Positions 10,121-21,711 of a DNA stretch of 64,000 nt are shown here, one piece after another. The DNA lies in NCBI GenBank assembly GCA_963828525.1, contig CAWHEP010000003.1, positions 114,837 to 178,836 of the forward strand, read 5' to 3'. Position numbers and translations under genes: made by a program. The DNA is from an uncultured Verrucomicrobiae bacterium. Lineage in GTDB: Bacteria; Verrucomicrobiota; Verrucomicrobiia; Chthoniobacterales; Chthoniobacteraceae. Position 1 is the stretch's first letter; each line of letters starts with the position of its first letter. The notes beneath the pieces are model-generated. The model was not told the origin of the DNA. It saw only the letters and a list, made by a program, of their open reading frames with translations, and made no database searches.

Positions 10121-11170
10121 TTACGGCATTAAAAAATCTGGGAGGCCAAACGGCTCTGGATCCCCGGGCGAAACAGAAGTGCCCCCTTCGAAACCTGGGC
10201 TTAAGGGCATCCAAGGTAGACCTTGGGGCGGGAATGGCCCCAATTCGGGGATGCCAGCCCTCTTAGCCTTTGGCGGACAGCCGCCGTCTGCTCCACGGTC
10301 GCCTGCATTACGTTTGTCTTGTTTACGTCTGGCTTCCTCCTCTTGCCGAACGCTCGAAGGCGGTCTGGACTGGGGGCCCGGATCGGTCGGATTCATCAGA
10401 TTGTGGAGCCACAGTCCGAGTGCCGTGACGTATCCAGCTATATCCTGCCTCCAATCCAGCCCCAGAGGGTCTATACGATTTAGCGGATTGTTGCCAACAT
10501 ACCCATACAGATTGACTCCCCCGTCCTCCCCAATCGGATCGCGGCTGATCCACCTTCCCAAATCAGCGTTGTAGGCGCGATATAAGGTCAGGGCGAGGTG
10601 GCTCGGCGCGTGCAGGTAATCTCCCGTGAATCCGAAATCCGCCTCCATGCTTCCGCTGAGTTTTGTCCGCCTGCCGTAGGGGTCGTAGCTGTAACGCGCC
10701 TGGATCACCCCTGAACTGTCCGTCAACTCTCGTATGGAGCCGAGATGATCGCGGGTATAGAAGTAGTTCGATCCGGAAAGCTGCATTCCCTGCGGGTAGT
10801 AGCGCCTGGTGACGTTGTTGGAGGCGTCGCGTTCCTCGCAGATCTCCGTGCCGCACCAGAGCAGGTTTTTCGTGCTGATGACCGCGCCGTTGCTTTTCTC
10901 AACAATCTTGACTCTCCGGCTTAAGCCATCGTAGGTGAATTCAGAACGCAGGTTTCCAGGTTCGTTGACGGCGGTGAGCCGGTTGGCGGCATCCCACTCG
11001 TAAGTCTGCGCTCCGTCGTTTAGGAGGTTGCCGTCGGGATCATAGGTGAGGGTCTCATTTGTTCCGCGCGTGGCAACGATCTGCCATGTGTGCGTCGTCG
11101 TGTTACCCGCGGCGTCTTTGGCCTGATATGGATATTGTTCGTGCCGGTGGTGGCCGTGATCGTGCCCGCC
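10121..11170 (-). CDS. orphan Rhs module 3: core + Pro-rich unknown C-terminal tip (1-nt deletion near 11122)
   Basis: Core repeat, RWISRDPIG, NPLNRIDPLG motif, then a unique ~112-aa tip. Confidence 0.8.
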   Translation of the reverse strand, partial: GGHDHGHHRHEQYPYQAKDAAGNTTTHTWQIVATRGTNETLTYDPDGNLLNDGAQTYEWDAANRLTAVNEPGNLRSEFTYDGLSRRVKIVEKSNGAVISTKNLLWCGTEICEERDASNNVTRRYYPQGMQLSGSNYFYTRDHLGSIRELTDSSGVIQARYSYDPYGRRTKLSGSMEADFGFTGDYLHAPSHLALTLYRAYNADLGRWISRDPIGEDGGVNLYGYVGNNPLNRIDPLGLDWRQDIAGYVTALGLWLHNLMNPTDPGPQSRPPSSVRQEEEARRKQDKRNAGDRGADGGCPPKAKRAGIPELGPFPPQGLPWMPLSPGFEGGTSVSPGDPEPFGLPDFLMP

Positions 11171-11470
11171 AAGGGATTGGACGCGGGATTCAAGCCGGAT
11201 GATACCCGGGCTGCGTCTCCGACACCGCGCCGCCCTAGCGGAGATCTCTCGGTCAGGCGCTCGACAGTCCCGTTGAAATGCACAGGGATGTTCTGCCAGA
11301 ACACAGGCAGAACGGCAAATTCCAATCGGAAGGCGCTTTCGCGCTTTGACACTTCCTGCCGAGCCTGTTTATTCGTGCCTGTCGGCAGGCCCGACCCATC
11401 GAAGATGGAATGACGGCATACGAGACGCAAATATCAAGGAACAAACGCTCACCCTTTAGCCTTTTCCCGC
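11167..11470. repeat. Rhs inter-module linker element, copy B
   Basis: Homologous to copies A and C; contains a perfect 8-bp inverted repeat GTTCTGCC-N8-GGCAGAAC at 11290-11313. Confidence 0.75.
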
Positions 11471-11536
11471 ATTTCATGGCTTCACTCTCAGCCGGCTAAT
11501 CCGAAGAGATGGCAGCCTCACCCTTGAAGCCTCAGA

Positions 11537-11917
11537 TCACCGCTTCTTAACCCCTCTAAACGAGGCATGTTCCTGCAAGCAATAACAAACCGAAACAAAG
11601 ACGGGAACTAGAAACAGAAGTCTACTTGTTGCATGAGCATATGTTTCCGTGTCAGGAGCGTCATCCCACGCCGCCGGGCTGAGGACCGCAACAAAACATA
11701 CGATTGCAAGCGACGAGAACACGAGCTTCCCCAAGATGTAACCATAGCGTGATCCGCTCGCAAGCAGGAAAACAATGCACGCGCTAGCAAAGGACACAAC
11801 CAAGGCATAACCTCCTACAAGAATGCATCTGATGGATAGCGCGATCAGCCCAGCGACAGCGAGAATAGTACCCGCGGTAACCAACGTTTCCTTCCAAGTG
11901 CGTGTGAATAGAAACAT
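11537..11917 (-). CDS. candidate Rhs immunity protein (about 4 TM) for module 2
   Basis: ATG 13 nt after the toxin stop, preceded by GGAAGG; hydrophobic helices. Confidence 0.7.
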   Translation of the reverse strand: MFLFTRTWKETLVTAGTILAVAGLIALSIRCILVGGYALVVSFASACIVFLLASGSRYGYILGKLVFSSLAIVCFVAVLSPAAWDDAPDTETYAHATSRLLFLVPVFVSVCYCLQEHASFRGVKKR

Positions 11918-11930
11918 TCGCCTTCCGCAA

Positions 11931-13030
11931 TCAGGGGCCTGTAGCAGGAGGGACACCTGGCCCCGGCGGAGGTGGGTTCCCGCTTGGATTGTAGCTATAT
12001 CCTATACCTTCATACCCAGCAGCTACCTCGCTGAGAGACGGGCTCGAGAAGCTGGATGGGAGCTGACCGACACTATCTAGTGCGGCCTTTACTCCAGAGT
12101 AGGCGGGGGTTGCGATAGCCATGGAAACAGCACCCAGTATGCCATAGCCATCTGCTGACGACATGAATGCCGAAAACATGAAGTGTTCAGCGTCTCGGAG
12201 TGCGTCGCAGCGCGGGTTGTTTGCACGCTGGTTTTTCAAATCGATCCAAGCGCTGTTCAGACTTCCGCCAGCCTGTTGCAGGGCATACTGTGCGATATTC
12301 CACGCTGCGTCGGAAAGCAACCCCAATAAGTCTCCAACAGCTATTGGGTTATTCTCAACATATGCGTAAAGATTGACTCCCCCGTCCTCCCCGATTGGGT
12401 CGCGGCTGATCCACCTTCCAAGGTCAGGGTTGTAAGCGCGATATAGAGTCAGGGCCAGGCTGCTCGGGACGTGCCAGTAGTCACCTGTAAAGCCGAAATT
12501 CGCCGCAAGGGTGCCGCTGAGCTTTGTACGCCTGCCGTAGGGGTCGTAGCTGTATCGCGCCTGGATCGTGCCCGTGCTGTCGGTCAGTTCGCGAACTGAT
12601 CCGAGATGATCCCGTGTATAAAAGTAGTTTGATCCGGAAAGCTGCATTCCCTGGGGATAGTAGCGCCTGGTTACGTTGTTAGAGGCATCGCGTTCCTCGA
12701 AGATTTCCGTGCCGCACCAGAGCAGGTTCTTCGTGCTGGTGACAGCGCCGTTGCTTTTCTCAACAATCTTGACTCTCCGGCTTAAGCCATCGTAGGTGAA
12801 TTCAGAGCGCAAGTTTCCGGGTTCGTTGACGGCGGTGAGCCGGTTCGCGGCATCCCACTCGTAAGTCTGGGTTCCGTCGTTTAGCAGGTTGCCGTCGGGG
12901 TCGTAGGTGAGGGTCTGGTTTGTTCCGCTCGTGGCGACAACCTGCCATGTATGCGTGGTCGTGTTACCCGCGGCATCCTTGGCGGTGATCTGGATATTGT
13001 TCGTGCCGGTGGTGGCCGTGATCGTGCCCG
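11931..13030 (-). CDS. orphan Rhs module 2: core + helical C-terminal tip
   Basis: Core repeat, NPIAVGDLLG cleavage-site variant, tip with DALRDAEHFMFSA and a hydrophobic hairpin. Confidence 0.8.
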
Positions 13031-13157
13031 CCAGGGGGTGGGGCACAGGATTTAAGCCGGATGGTACTTGGGCTGCGTCTCCCACTCGGCTCCGCCATGG
13101 CGGGGCGCTCCATTTCAGGCGCTCGACAGTCCAGTTAGAATGCACAGCGATGTTCTG
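13027..13157. repeat. Rhs inter-module linker element, copy C (truncated)
   Basis: Homologous to the core-proximal ~130 bp of copies A and B; abuts the stop codon of immunity gene 1. Confidence 0.75.
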
Positions 13158-13523
13158 TTACTTCCGGCCGCACCATGCCGCCAAGCTTCCGAATAAGACA
13201 ACCAATGGGAAAAAGACAAAGCTTGCGCGCCGTGCAATCTTTTGCCACCGCCGAAATTCGATAATTATGTCGGATGCGCCCGCAAGCCACGCAGGGTCAT
13301 CACGTAGCGAAGACATATCAAGCCACCCAGGTTGGAACGGATGAAGTACCCGTCCTGGAGGAGCCCAACACCATCCCGTCGGTTTACCCAGACTTTCCCA
13401 TAGTTCACGATGTGAATTATAGAGTTTTTTCAACATTCGGTCTATCAGTATATTGGCATGAATCGAGGATATAATAAATCCTAGACTCGCAATCACAGCG
13501 CACACCAAAAAGCTTGTCTCCAT
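13158..13523 (-). CDS. candidate Rhs immunity protein (2 TM) for module 1
   Basis: ATG 6 nt after the corrected toxin stop; TM-LYNSHRELWESLGKP-...-TM architecture. Confidence 0.75.
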   Translation of the reverse strand: METSFLVCAVIASLGFIISSIHANILIDRMLKKLYNSHRELWESLGKPTGWCWAPPGRVLHPFQPGWLDMSSLRDDPAWLAGASDIIIEFRRWQKIARRASFVFFPLVVLFGSLAAWCGRK

Positions 13524-13529
13524 GGGCCA

Positions 13530-15435
13530 TTACCAGGTCCAGCCAGTACCGATAAATCCGCTAGCACCCAAGTTGCCATACCCCCCACTCGGAGACATAG
13601 CAGATCCGCCATCGGGGACAGCGGTCACCGAGCCGCCTGCCTGGGAAACCCCCGTACCGAAAGCTTGCAGAGCCGGTTACGCTGCCGTCTGAATTCACGT
13701 TCACCTCACCGCTCCCTCCCGCCACAAAGCCTCCAATACCGCCTGCAATTGTTAGTGGAGTCCAACCCTTTTTTTTACAACCTTCGTCAGTAAGATCAAG
13801 CCCAATATTAGTCCCGAATCCTCCCCCGATACGGAGACTTAAATTCCACTGACCCGGACCATTAGCAAAGTCATTGTGTCCAAAAGAGAGATACAATCCC
13901 AAACCCCCAATCAGCGGACTGCCAAAGTAGGTAAACTGCCATAATCCCAATTCATCTATCGAATTGCTTGGGTCGCTTCCAACGTATTCATATAGGTTGA
14001 TCCCTCCACGTTCCGCGACGGGATCGCGGCTGATCCATCTTCCAAGGTCAGCGTTGTAGCCGCGATATAAGCTCAGGGCGAGGTGGCTCGGCGCGTGCCA
14101 GTAATCTCCCGTGAATCCGAAGTCGGCAGCCATGCTTCCGCTGAGTTTTGTCCGCCTGCCGTAGGGGTCGTAGCTGTAACGCGCCTGGATCACCCCTGAA
14201 CTGTCCGTCAACTCTCGTATGGAGCCGAGATGATCGCGGGTATAGAAGTAGTTCGATCCGGAAAGCTGCATTCCCTGCGGGTAGTAGCGTCTGGTGACGT
14301 TATTGGAGGCATCGCGTTCCTCGCAGATTTCCGTGCCGCACCAGAGCAGGTTCTTCGTGCTGGTGACAGCGCCGTTGCTTTTCTCAATAATCTTGACTCT
14401 CCGGCTTAAGCCATCGTAGGTGAATTCGGAACGCAGGTTTCCAGCTTCGTTGACGGCGGTGAGCCGGTTCGCGGCATCCCACTCGTAAGTCTGGGTTCCG
14501 TCGTTTAGCAGGTTGCCGTCGGGGTCGTAGGTGAGGGTCTGGTTTGTTCCGCTCGTGGCGACAACCTGCCATGTATGCGTGGTCGTGTTACCCGCCGCGT
14601 CTTTGGCACTGATCTGGATATTGTTCGTGCCGGTGGTGGCCGTGACTGTTCCGACAAAGCTTGTGCCGCTGACAACGGCAGATGACGTGCCGTTGAGGGT
14701 GACTGCAGCCGGCTCGCTGAGGGTTCCAGCAACACGCAACGGGCCACCTGTTTGTCGGCTGACGAGTTGGTTTAGGGTGTTGTGCGACGCAGAGGTTACC
14801 CCAAGGTTGATCTGCTCACTCGTGCGGTTGCCTGCCGCATCGTAGCCGTAGTCGTAGCGGTTTATGAGGGCCTGGGTCGCGGTGTTTGTAAGCGTAGCCT
14901 CGCTCAACTGATCGGCGGCATCGTTTAAGAGCGAATATGCGTTTGGAGTGGCGGCGTCAGTCTGCTGCGTCCAAGTGGTGATGTCCCCGTTTGGCGCGTA
15001 GGTGTAATCGAACTTTGAGATAACTGCCCCCGCGCTGTTGAGGTTGCTGATGTCCTGAAGGCGTGGATCGGCGGGAAGCGGGAAATAGGTGTACGTGGTG
15101 CTTTGACCGTTTGGATACGACAGGGAAGTCACCCGTGGCGTGGCGGCCTGATATCCGTAGGTGAAGCTCCCCAGTGGGTTCGCGACGCCGCTTACGCGGG
15201 CCAGGGCGTCATAAGCCGTGGTGCTTACCGAGGCATTGATCGAGCGGGTAACGACCTTTCCCCGTTCATCGTAACCATAGGCCAGAGTCGAACTGCCGAG
15301 CGGACCCGCCTCGGTCGCTTCCCGACCCGCTCCTGTCGTGGGAGCCGGGTTCCACGGGCTGGCGTATGGAAGGTATGGGTTGTAAGTGTAGCCTGTCATG
15401 CCGGTTCCATCCTGCATCGATGTGACCCGGTTGTG
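13530..15435 (-). CDS. Rhs module 1 (longest, still 5'-truncated): YD repeats, Ig-like insert, core, Gly-rich beta tip; frameshift near 13660
   Basis: YD repeats (YGYDERG, AYDALAR, YGYDAAGNR), DPSNSIDELG motif; corrected frame ends ...GASGFIGTGWTW* at TAA 13530-13532. Confidence 0.85.
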
Positions 15436-15609
15436 AATATCCGACCTATCGTCTTTCCGACAGTGGCGGCCCGCGAGGAGCGGACAAACGCGCTTCCCAA
15501 CCTGAGCAGGGCCGGGATCGTAAAGGCTCTGATCGCCCGACATGTGAAATTCATCTGTTCCAGTCGCGACCGAGACACCGCCGCCGAACCAATTCGGGAG
15601 TCAGGCTCG

Positions 15610-17094
15610 CTACGACAGGTCGGTCGTGCCCATCAGATACCGGTCGCACTCCCGCGCGGCGCCGCGGCCTTCGTTAAAGGCCCAAACCACCAGGCTCTGG
15701 CCGCGCCGGCAGTCGCCCGCGGCGAAGACACCGGGTATGCTGGTGGTGTATTTGTTGTGTTCAGCTTTGATGTTGGTACGCCCGTCGCGCTCGATGTTTA
15801 GCGCGTCCAACAGCGGCTGCTCAGGACCCAGAAAACCCATGGCCAGCAGAACGAGTTGCGCCGGAACTACCTTCTCGGTTCCAGGTACATTGTTGGGCGT
15901 AAACTGCCCCTTTTCATTCCTCTCCCAACGCACTTCGACGGTGTGGACAGCTTTTACATGGCCATGATCGTCGCCTTCAAACTTGGTGGCGGTTGTGAGA
16001 TAAACGCGCGGGTCAGCGCCGAACTTGGCTGCCGCCTCTTCCTGGCCATAGTCCATCTTGTAAACCTTGGGCCATTCAGGCCATGGATTGTCACCAGCAC
16101 GGTCGATGGGAGGCTTCGGAAGAATTTCTACTTGAACCAGACTGCCACAACCGTGGCGCATGGAGGTTCCCACGCAATCAGTCCCTGTGTCTCCACCGCC
16201 GATGATTACGACGTCCCGCTCCTTTGCGGAGATGTACGCGCCGTTCGTTTTCAAATCGAGGAGTGAGCGGGTGTTCGCTGTGAGGAATTCCATCGCGAAA
16301 TGAATACCCTTAAGCTGGCGGCCCTCGATGGGAAGATCACGCGGCTTGGTTGCGCCAGTGCAGATGACCACAGCGTCGAAATCGGCCAGCAGCTTTTCAG
16401 CGGGAATGTCCTTGCCGATCTCCGTGCCGCAAACAAATTCGATCCCCTCCCCCTCCATTTGCCGGATGCGGCGCATAAGCACCTTCTCCTTGTCGAGTTT
16501 CATGTTTGGAATGCCGTACATGAGAAGACCGCCTGGACGATCCGCGCGCTCGAAGACAGTCACGAGATGACCGGCTCGGTTTAACTGAGCGGCCGCGCAA
16601 AGACCCGCGGGTCCCGACCCCACGACAGCCACACGTTTTCCAGTCCGGCGCTCGGGGGGATCAGCGACAATCCAGTTCTCTTCCCACCCTCGATCCGCGA
16701 TGGCTGACTCGATGTTTTTGATCGTGACGGGAGGGGCGTTGATGCCGAGGACACAGGACCCTTCGCACGGAGCAGGGCAAACGCGTCCGGTGAATTCCGG
16801 GAAGTTATTCGTCTTGTGGAGGCGGTCGAGAGCTTCTTTCCAAAGACCGCGATAAACGAGATCGTTCCATTCCGGGATGAGGTTGTTGATCGGGCAACCG
16901 CTGGCCATGCCGCTAATGAGGGTGCCCGTGTGGCAGAATGGGATGCCGCAATCCATGCACCGCGAGCCTTGGGTGCGGAGCTTATCCTCCTGCATGTGGA
17001 GGTGGAACTCACCCCAATCCCGCACGCGCTCAAGTGGCTGGCGATCCACGGGGAGTTCCCGGAAGTAGTCGATGAAGCCTGTAGGTTTACCCAT
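15610..17094 (-). CDS. gltD: glutamate synthase small subunit
   Basis: MGKPTGF start, [44 protein letters not shown]. Confidence 0.97.
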   Translation of the reverse strand: MGKPTGFIDYFRELPVDRQPLERVRDWGEFHLHMQEDKLRTQGSRCMDCGIPFCHTGTLISGMASGCPINNLIPEWNDLVYRGLWKEALDRLHKTNNFPEFTGRVCPAPCEGSCVLGINAPPVTIKNIESAIADRGWEENWIVADPPERRTGKRVAVVGSGPAGLCAAAQLNRAGHLVTVFERADRPGGLLMYGIPNMKLDKEKVLMRRIRQMEGEGIEFVCGTEIGKDIPAEKLLADFDAVVICTGATKPRDLPIEGRQLKGIHFAMEFLTANTRSLLDLKTNGAYISAKERDVVIIGGGDTGTDCVGTSMRHGCGSLVQVEILPKPPIDRAGDNPWPEWPKVYKMDYGQEEAAAKFGADPRVYLTTATKFEGDDHGHVKAVHTVEVRWERNEKGQFTPNNVPGTEKVVPAQLVLLAMGFLGPEQPLLDALNIERDGRTNIKAEHNKYTTSIPGVFAAGDCRRGQSLVVWAFNEGRGAARECDRYLMGTTDLS

Positions 17095-17124
17095 TTCTTT
17101 ATCCCCTTTTTCTTACGATGGCGC

Positions 17125-20100
17125 CTAGCTTCCCCCGATCCGCGCCACGTCGCGCGCATTCGCCTCGAAGGCGGCATTCATCGCGTCATCGCCACTGAGG
17201 CCATCCTGCTCCGCTTTTTTCAGCGCGTTAAGAACGCGTTTGTAGTCTTTCGGCATCACCTTCACGAATTTAGGAATCATTTCGTCCCATAAAGCGAGCA
17301 CCTTGAAAGCTTTCTTGCTGTGGGTGTAATCCGCGTGACGCTTTACAGCCAGTCGCACGTCTTCCGCTTCGTCGGCGGTCATCTCTTCCAACCCAACCAT
17401 CTGTTGGTTGCAGCGCGTGATGAAGTCGCCCGCTTCATCGAGGATGTATGCCACCCCGCCACTCATGCCAGCCGCGAAGTTTCGTCCGGTGGCGCCAAGC
17501 ACGATGACGCGACCGCCCGTCATATATTCGCAGCCATGATCCCCGACAGCCTCGACCACAGCGTTGGCGCCGGAGTTGCGCACGGCAAAGCGTTCACCCG
17601 CCATTCCGCTGAAATACACTTCTCCCCTCGTCGCGCCATAAAGCGCAACATTGCCGATAAGGATGTTTTCCTCCGCGACGAAGGTTGATTCACGGGGGGG
17701 ATAGATAATGATCTTCCCTCCGCTAAGCCCTTTGCCAACGTAATCGTTCGCGTCCCCTTCGATCTCGAGAGTGACTCCGCGCGGGATAAATGCCCCGAAG
17801 CTCTGTCCGGCGCTGCCCTTGAAGCGGAGACGCACGGTATCCTCCGGCAAGCCATCCCGGTGACGCTTTGTGATCTCGTTGCCAAGTATGGTGCCGACGA
17901 CGCGGTTTACGTTAATGATGTCGAGCGAAGCCTCGACCTTTTCACCGTGTTCGATGGCAGGTTTGCAAATTTCCAGCAGCCTGGTGATATCGAGCGACTT
18001 ATCCAATCCATGATCCTGAGGAATCTGACAATAGCGTCCCACTTCAGGACCTGCCTCCGGCTGGTAAAGAATCTTTGAGAAATCGATCCCCCTGGCTTTC
18101 CAGTGTTCGATGGCCTTCTTCGGCTCAAGAATGTCGGTGCGTCCAACCATCTCGTTGATTGTCTTGAATCCCAGCTGCGCCATCAATTCACGGACTTCCT
18201 GAGCAATGAAGCGCATGAAGTTCACCGTGTGCTGAGGATCACCGGTGAAGTTTTTCCGCAGGCGCGGATCTTGAGTCGCGACTCCCACGGGACAGGTGTT
18301 CAAATGGCACACGCGCATCATGATGCATCCCAGCGTCACAAGCGGAGCTGTCGCGAAGCCGAACTCCTCGGCGCCCAGCAGCGCGGCTATGATCACGTCC
18401 CGGCCGGTCTTTAATTGCCCGTCGGCCTCCACAGCGATGCGGCTGCGGAGATTGTTGAGGACCAGCGTCTGGTGCGTCTCAGCAAGGCCCAACTCCCAGG
18501 GCAACCCGGCATGTTTGATCGAGGTTTGGGCTGAAGCTCCGGTGCCGCCGTCAAATCCGCTGATAAGCACGACATCGGCATGCGCTTTTGCGACGCCCGC
18601 CGCTATCGTTCCAACGCCGACCTCCGAGACCAGCTTTACGCTGACACGCGCTTCGCGGTTGGCATTTTTCAAGTCATGGATCAGTTCCGCCAAATCCTCA
18701 ATTGAATAGATATCGTGATGCGGCGGTGGCGAGATGAGACCCACTCCGGGAGTGGAATAGCGCACCTTTGCGATCCAGGGGTAAACCTTCGTGCCGGGCA
18801 ACTGACCGCCTTCGCCTGGTTTGGCGCCCTGCGCCATCTTGATCTGCAGTTCGCTTGCCTTCGAAAGGTAGAGACTCGTTACGCCGAAGCGCCCCGAGGC
18901 CACCTGCTTGATCGCGCTATTCTTCGAATCTCCCTTGTCGTTTGTCCACGTGTATCGGTCCGGGTCTTCTCCGCCTTCACCCGTGTTTGATTTGCCGCCA
19001 ATCCGATTCATGGCGATGGCGAGGGCCTCATGGGCTTCCTTTGAGATCGAGCCGTAACTCATCGCCCCTGTCTTGAACCGCTTCAGGATGGCATCAATGG
19101 ATTCCACCTCATCAATGAGAACCGGGTCGCGCTCCTTGAAATCGAGGAGGCCTCGTAATGTGTAGTGGGCGCGCCCCTGCTCGTTCACGAGCGCGGCGTA
19201 TTCCTGAAAAGCCTTATAGCTGTTAGCGCGAACCGCTCTCTGCAAAGCGTGAATCGTTTGCGGGCTGAAGAGATGCATCTCCCCTTCCTTGCGCCACTGG
19301 TATTCACCGCCAGCGTCCAGCGCATGCCCATTCACCTGGCGATCCGGGAACGCATGGTTGTGCCGTTCAAGCACTTCCCTGGCCAAGACCCCGATGTCAG
19401 CGCCTTCGATGCGCGACGCTGTCCATGAGAAGTACTTTTCAACGATGGCATGGTTGAGTCCGACGCATTCGAACACCTGGGCGCCGCGATAGCTCTGGAT
19501 CGTGGAAATGCCGATCTTGGAAGCCACCTTGATGACGCCCTTCGTAGCGGCCTTCACAAAATTCTTACAAGCGGTCTTGTGGTCGACGTTAACAAGCAAG
19601 CCCTGCCGGATCATGTCATCCAACGTTTCGAAAGCGAGATACGGGTTAATAGCCCCGCATCCATAGCCGATGAGCATCGCGAAGTGATGCACCTCGCGCG
19701 GCTCACCCGATTCCAGCACAATGCCAACGCGTGTCCGCTTGCCTTCACGGATGAGGTGGTGATGAAGTCCAGCGACCGCCAGGAGAGCGGGAATCGCGGC
19801 GTTGTCCTTATCCACACCGCGATCCGAAAGAATGATGATATTCGCGCCATCGGAGACAGACCGGCTGCCTTGGGCGCAAATGTCGTCAATCGCTTTCTCG
19901 AAACCGTTCACCCCCTCCCTGGGGTTGAAGAGAATGGGAATCGTAACCGATTTAAACTCGCCCTGAGCCACAAACTTCAGCTTTGCGAGTTCCTCGTTTG
20001 TGAGGATGGGCGTCTTTAACTCGATGAGGTGGCAACTCTCCGGGCGGGGGCTGAGCAGATTCCCTTCCGCTCCGATGGTCGTTTCCGCCGAAGTGATGAT

Positions 20101-21711
20101 TTCTTCCCGGATGCAATCGATGGGCGGATTGGTGACCTGGGCGAAGAGTTGTTTGAAATAATCGTAAAGAAGACGCGGCTTCTGCGACAGCACGGCGAGC
20201 GGAGTGTCCGTCCCCATGGAGCCGACCGCCTCCACTCCTTCGCGGGCCATCGGAGCCATCAGCAGGCGCAGATCCTCGAAGGTGTAGCCAAAAGCCTGCT
20301 GACGCCGCAGTACGGTTTTGTGGTCGGGCTCCGGTAGTTCGGGAGCGTCTTGGACTTTGGAGAGCTCAACCATGTGTTGGTTGATCCACTCCCTGTACGG
20401 CTTCTCCGCGGCAATCCCGTCCTTGATCTCATCATCGGCAACGATGCGCCCCTGTTCCATATCCACGAGGAACATGCGCCCAGGCTGAAGCCTGCCTTTC
20501 ACAGCCACGCGCTCCGGGTCGATGGGCAATACGCCTGCCTCGGATGCCATGATGACCAGATCATCCTTGGTGACGTAATAGCGGGAAGGGCGCAGGCCAT
20601 TACGGTCCAGCACCGCCCCGATCATGCGGCCATCGGTGAATGCGATGGAGGCTGGGCCATCCCATGGCTCCATCAAGCAGGAATGGAATTCGTAAAAAGC
20701 CTTCTTCTCATCGCTCATCGACTCATGAGCGGTCCAAGGCTCAGGGATCATCATCATCATCGCGTGCGGGAGTGACCGACCGCCCAGGACGAGCAACTCG
20801 AACACGTTGTCGAACATCGCGGAGTCGGAGCCGTTCGTGTTGATGATGGGCAGTATCTTCTTTATGTCCTCGCCGAATAGGTCGCTCTCCAGCAAGGCCT
20901 GCCGCGCGTGCATCCAGTTCACATTGCCACGGAGCGTGTTAATCTCGCCGTTGTGAGCGATGTAGCGATAGGGATGGGACCGCTCCCAACTCGGGAATGT
21001 ATTCGTGGAAAATCGGGAATGAACGAGCGCCAAAGCCGACTCCATATCTGGATCACAGAGGTCGGGGAAGTATTGCGCCACCTGCACCGGCATCAGCATT
21101 CCCTTATAAATGAGGGTGCGGCAGGAAAGACTCGATACAAACCAAAAATCATCCACTGCGGCGATACGGATCTCATTGGCCGCCCGTTTGCGGATGATAT
21201 AGAGCTTCCTCTCAAACGCCTGTTCGTCGACGCAATTGGCTCCCCGTCCGATGAATATCTGACGCACCACGGGTTCACTGGCCCTCGCGGTATTGCCAAG
21301 CGAAGAGTTATCCGTCGGCACGGAGCGCCATCCAAGAACTGTCTGCCCCTCCTCGCCAACAATCCTCTCCATGATGCGCATGCCATTCTCCGCGCGCAGA
21401 GCATCCGGCGAGGAAAACACAAATCCCACACCATAGTGGCCAGGTTCGGGGAGCGTTATGTTCTTAGACGCGCAAACTTTGGAAAGGAACTTGTGAGGCA
21501 CTTGCAAAAGAATGCCAGCTCCGTCTCCTGTGTTCGCTTCGCAACCGCATGCGCCGCGATGATCCAGGTTCACGAGGATCGTCAACGCTTGTTCAACGAT
21601 TGAATGGGATTTCTCGCCTTTCATGTGAACCAGAAAGCCGACTCCGCAAGAGTCGTGCTCGAATGAAGGATCGTAAAGACCCTGCTTTGGCGGTAATCCC
21701 TTATTTTCCAT
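17125..21711 (-). CDS. gltB: glutamate synthase large subunit
   Basis: [17 protein letters not shown]-terminus, [28 protein letters not shown]; start taken at MENKGLP. Confidence 0.97.
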   Translation of the reverse strand: MENKGLPPKQGLYDPSFEHDSCGVGFLVHMKGEKSHSIVEQALTILVNLDHRGACGCEANTGDGAGILLQVPHKFLSKVCASKNITLPEPGHYGVGFVFSSPDALRAENGMRIMERIVGEEGQTVLGWRSVPTDNSSLGNTARASEPVVRQIFIGRGANCVDEQAFERKLYIIRKRAANEIRIAAVDDFWFVSSLSCRTLIYKGMLMPVQVAQYFPDLCDPDMESALALVHSRFSTNTFPSWERSHPYRYIAHNGEINTLRGNVNWMHARQALLESDLFGEDIKKILPIINTNGSDSAMFDNVFELLVLGGRSLPHAMMMMIPEPWTAHESMSDEKKAFYEFHSCLMEPWDGPASIAFTDGRMIGAVLDRNGLRPSRYYVTKDDLVIMASEAGVLPIDPERVAVKGRLQPGRMFLVDMEQGRIVADDEIKDGIAAEKPYREWINQHMVELSKVQDAPELPEPDHKTVLRRQQAFGYTFEDLRLLMAPMAREGVEAVGSMGTDTPLAVLSQKPRLLYDYFKQLFAQVTNPPIDCIREEIITSAETTIGAEGNLLSPRPESCHLIELKTPILTNEELAKLKFVAQGEFKSVTIPILFNPREGVNGFEKAIDDICAQGSRSVSDGANIIILSDRGVDKDNAAIPALLAVAGLHHHLIREGKRTRVGIVLESGEPREVHHFAMLIGYGCGAINPYLAFETLDDMIRQGLLVNVDHKTACKNFVKAATKGVIKVASKIGISTIQSYRGAQVFECVGLNHAIVEKYFSWTASRIEGADIGVLAREVLERHNHAFPDRQVNGHALDAGGEYQWRKEGEMHLFSPQTIHALQRAVRANSYKAFQEYAALVNEQGRAHYTLRGLLDFKERDPVLIDEVESIDAILKRFKTGAMSYGSISKEAHEALAIAMNRIGGKSNTGEGGEDPDRYTWTNDKGDSKNSAIKQVASGRFGVTSLYLSKASELQIKMAQGAKPGEGGQLPGTKVYPWIAKVRYSTPGVGLISPPPHHDIYSIEDLAELIHDLKNANREARVSVKLVSEVGVGTIAAGVAKAHADVVLISGFDGGTGASAQTSIKHAGLPWELGLAETHQTLVLNNLRSRIAVEADGQLKTGRDVIIAALLGAEEFGFATAPLVTLGCIMMRVCHLNTCPVGVATQDPRLRKNFTGDPQHTVNFMRFIAQEVRELMAQLGFKTINEMVGRTDILEPKKAIEHWKARGIDFSKILYQPEAGPEVGRYCQIPQDHGLDKSLDITRLLEICKPAIEHGEKVEASLDIINVNRVVGTILGNEITKRHRDGLPEDTVRLRFKGSAGQSFGAFIPRGVTLEIEGDANDYVGKGLSGGKIIIYPPRESTFVAEENILIGNVALYGATRGEVYFSGMAGERFAVRNSGANAVVEAVGDHGCEYMTGGRVIVLGATGRNFAAGMSGGVAYILDEAGDFITRCNQQMVGLEEMTADEAEDVRLAVKRHADYTHSKKAFKVLALWDEMIPKFVKVMPKDYKRVLNALKKAEQDGLSGDDAMNAAFEANARDVARIGGS

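Noticed and set aside
7548..13157. Linker element as integron attC sites or a conserved small protein
   Set aside because: No consistent RYYYAAC/GTTRRRY ends and no integrase. Substitutions are frequently non-conservative, and I found no frame that looks convincingly coding.
7277..15435. CRISPR array or diversity-generating retroelement
   Set aside because: The repeats are long coding Rhs cores; there is no cas or reverse transcriptase gene, and differences between copies are not adenine-specific.
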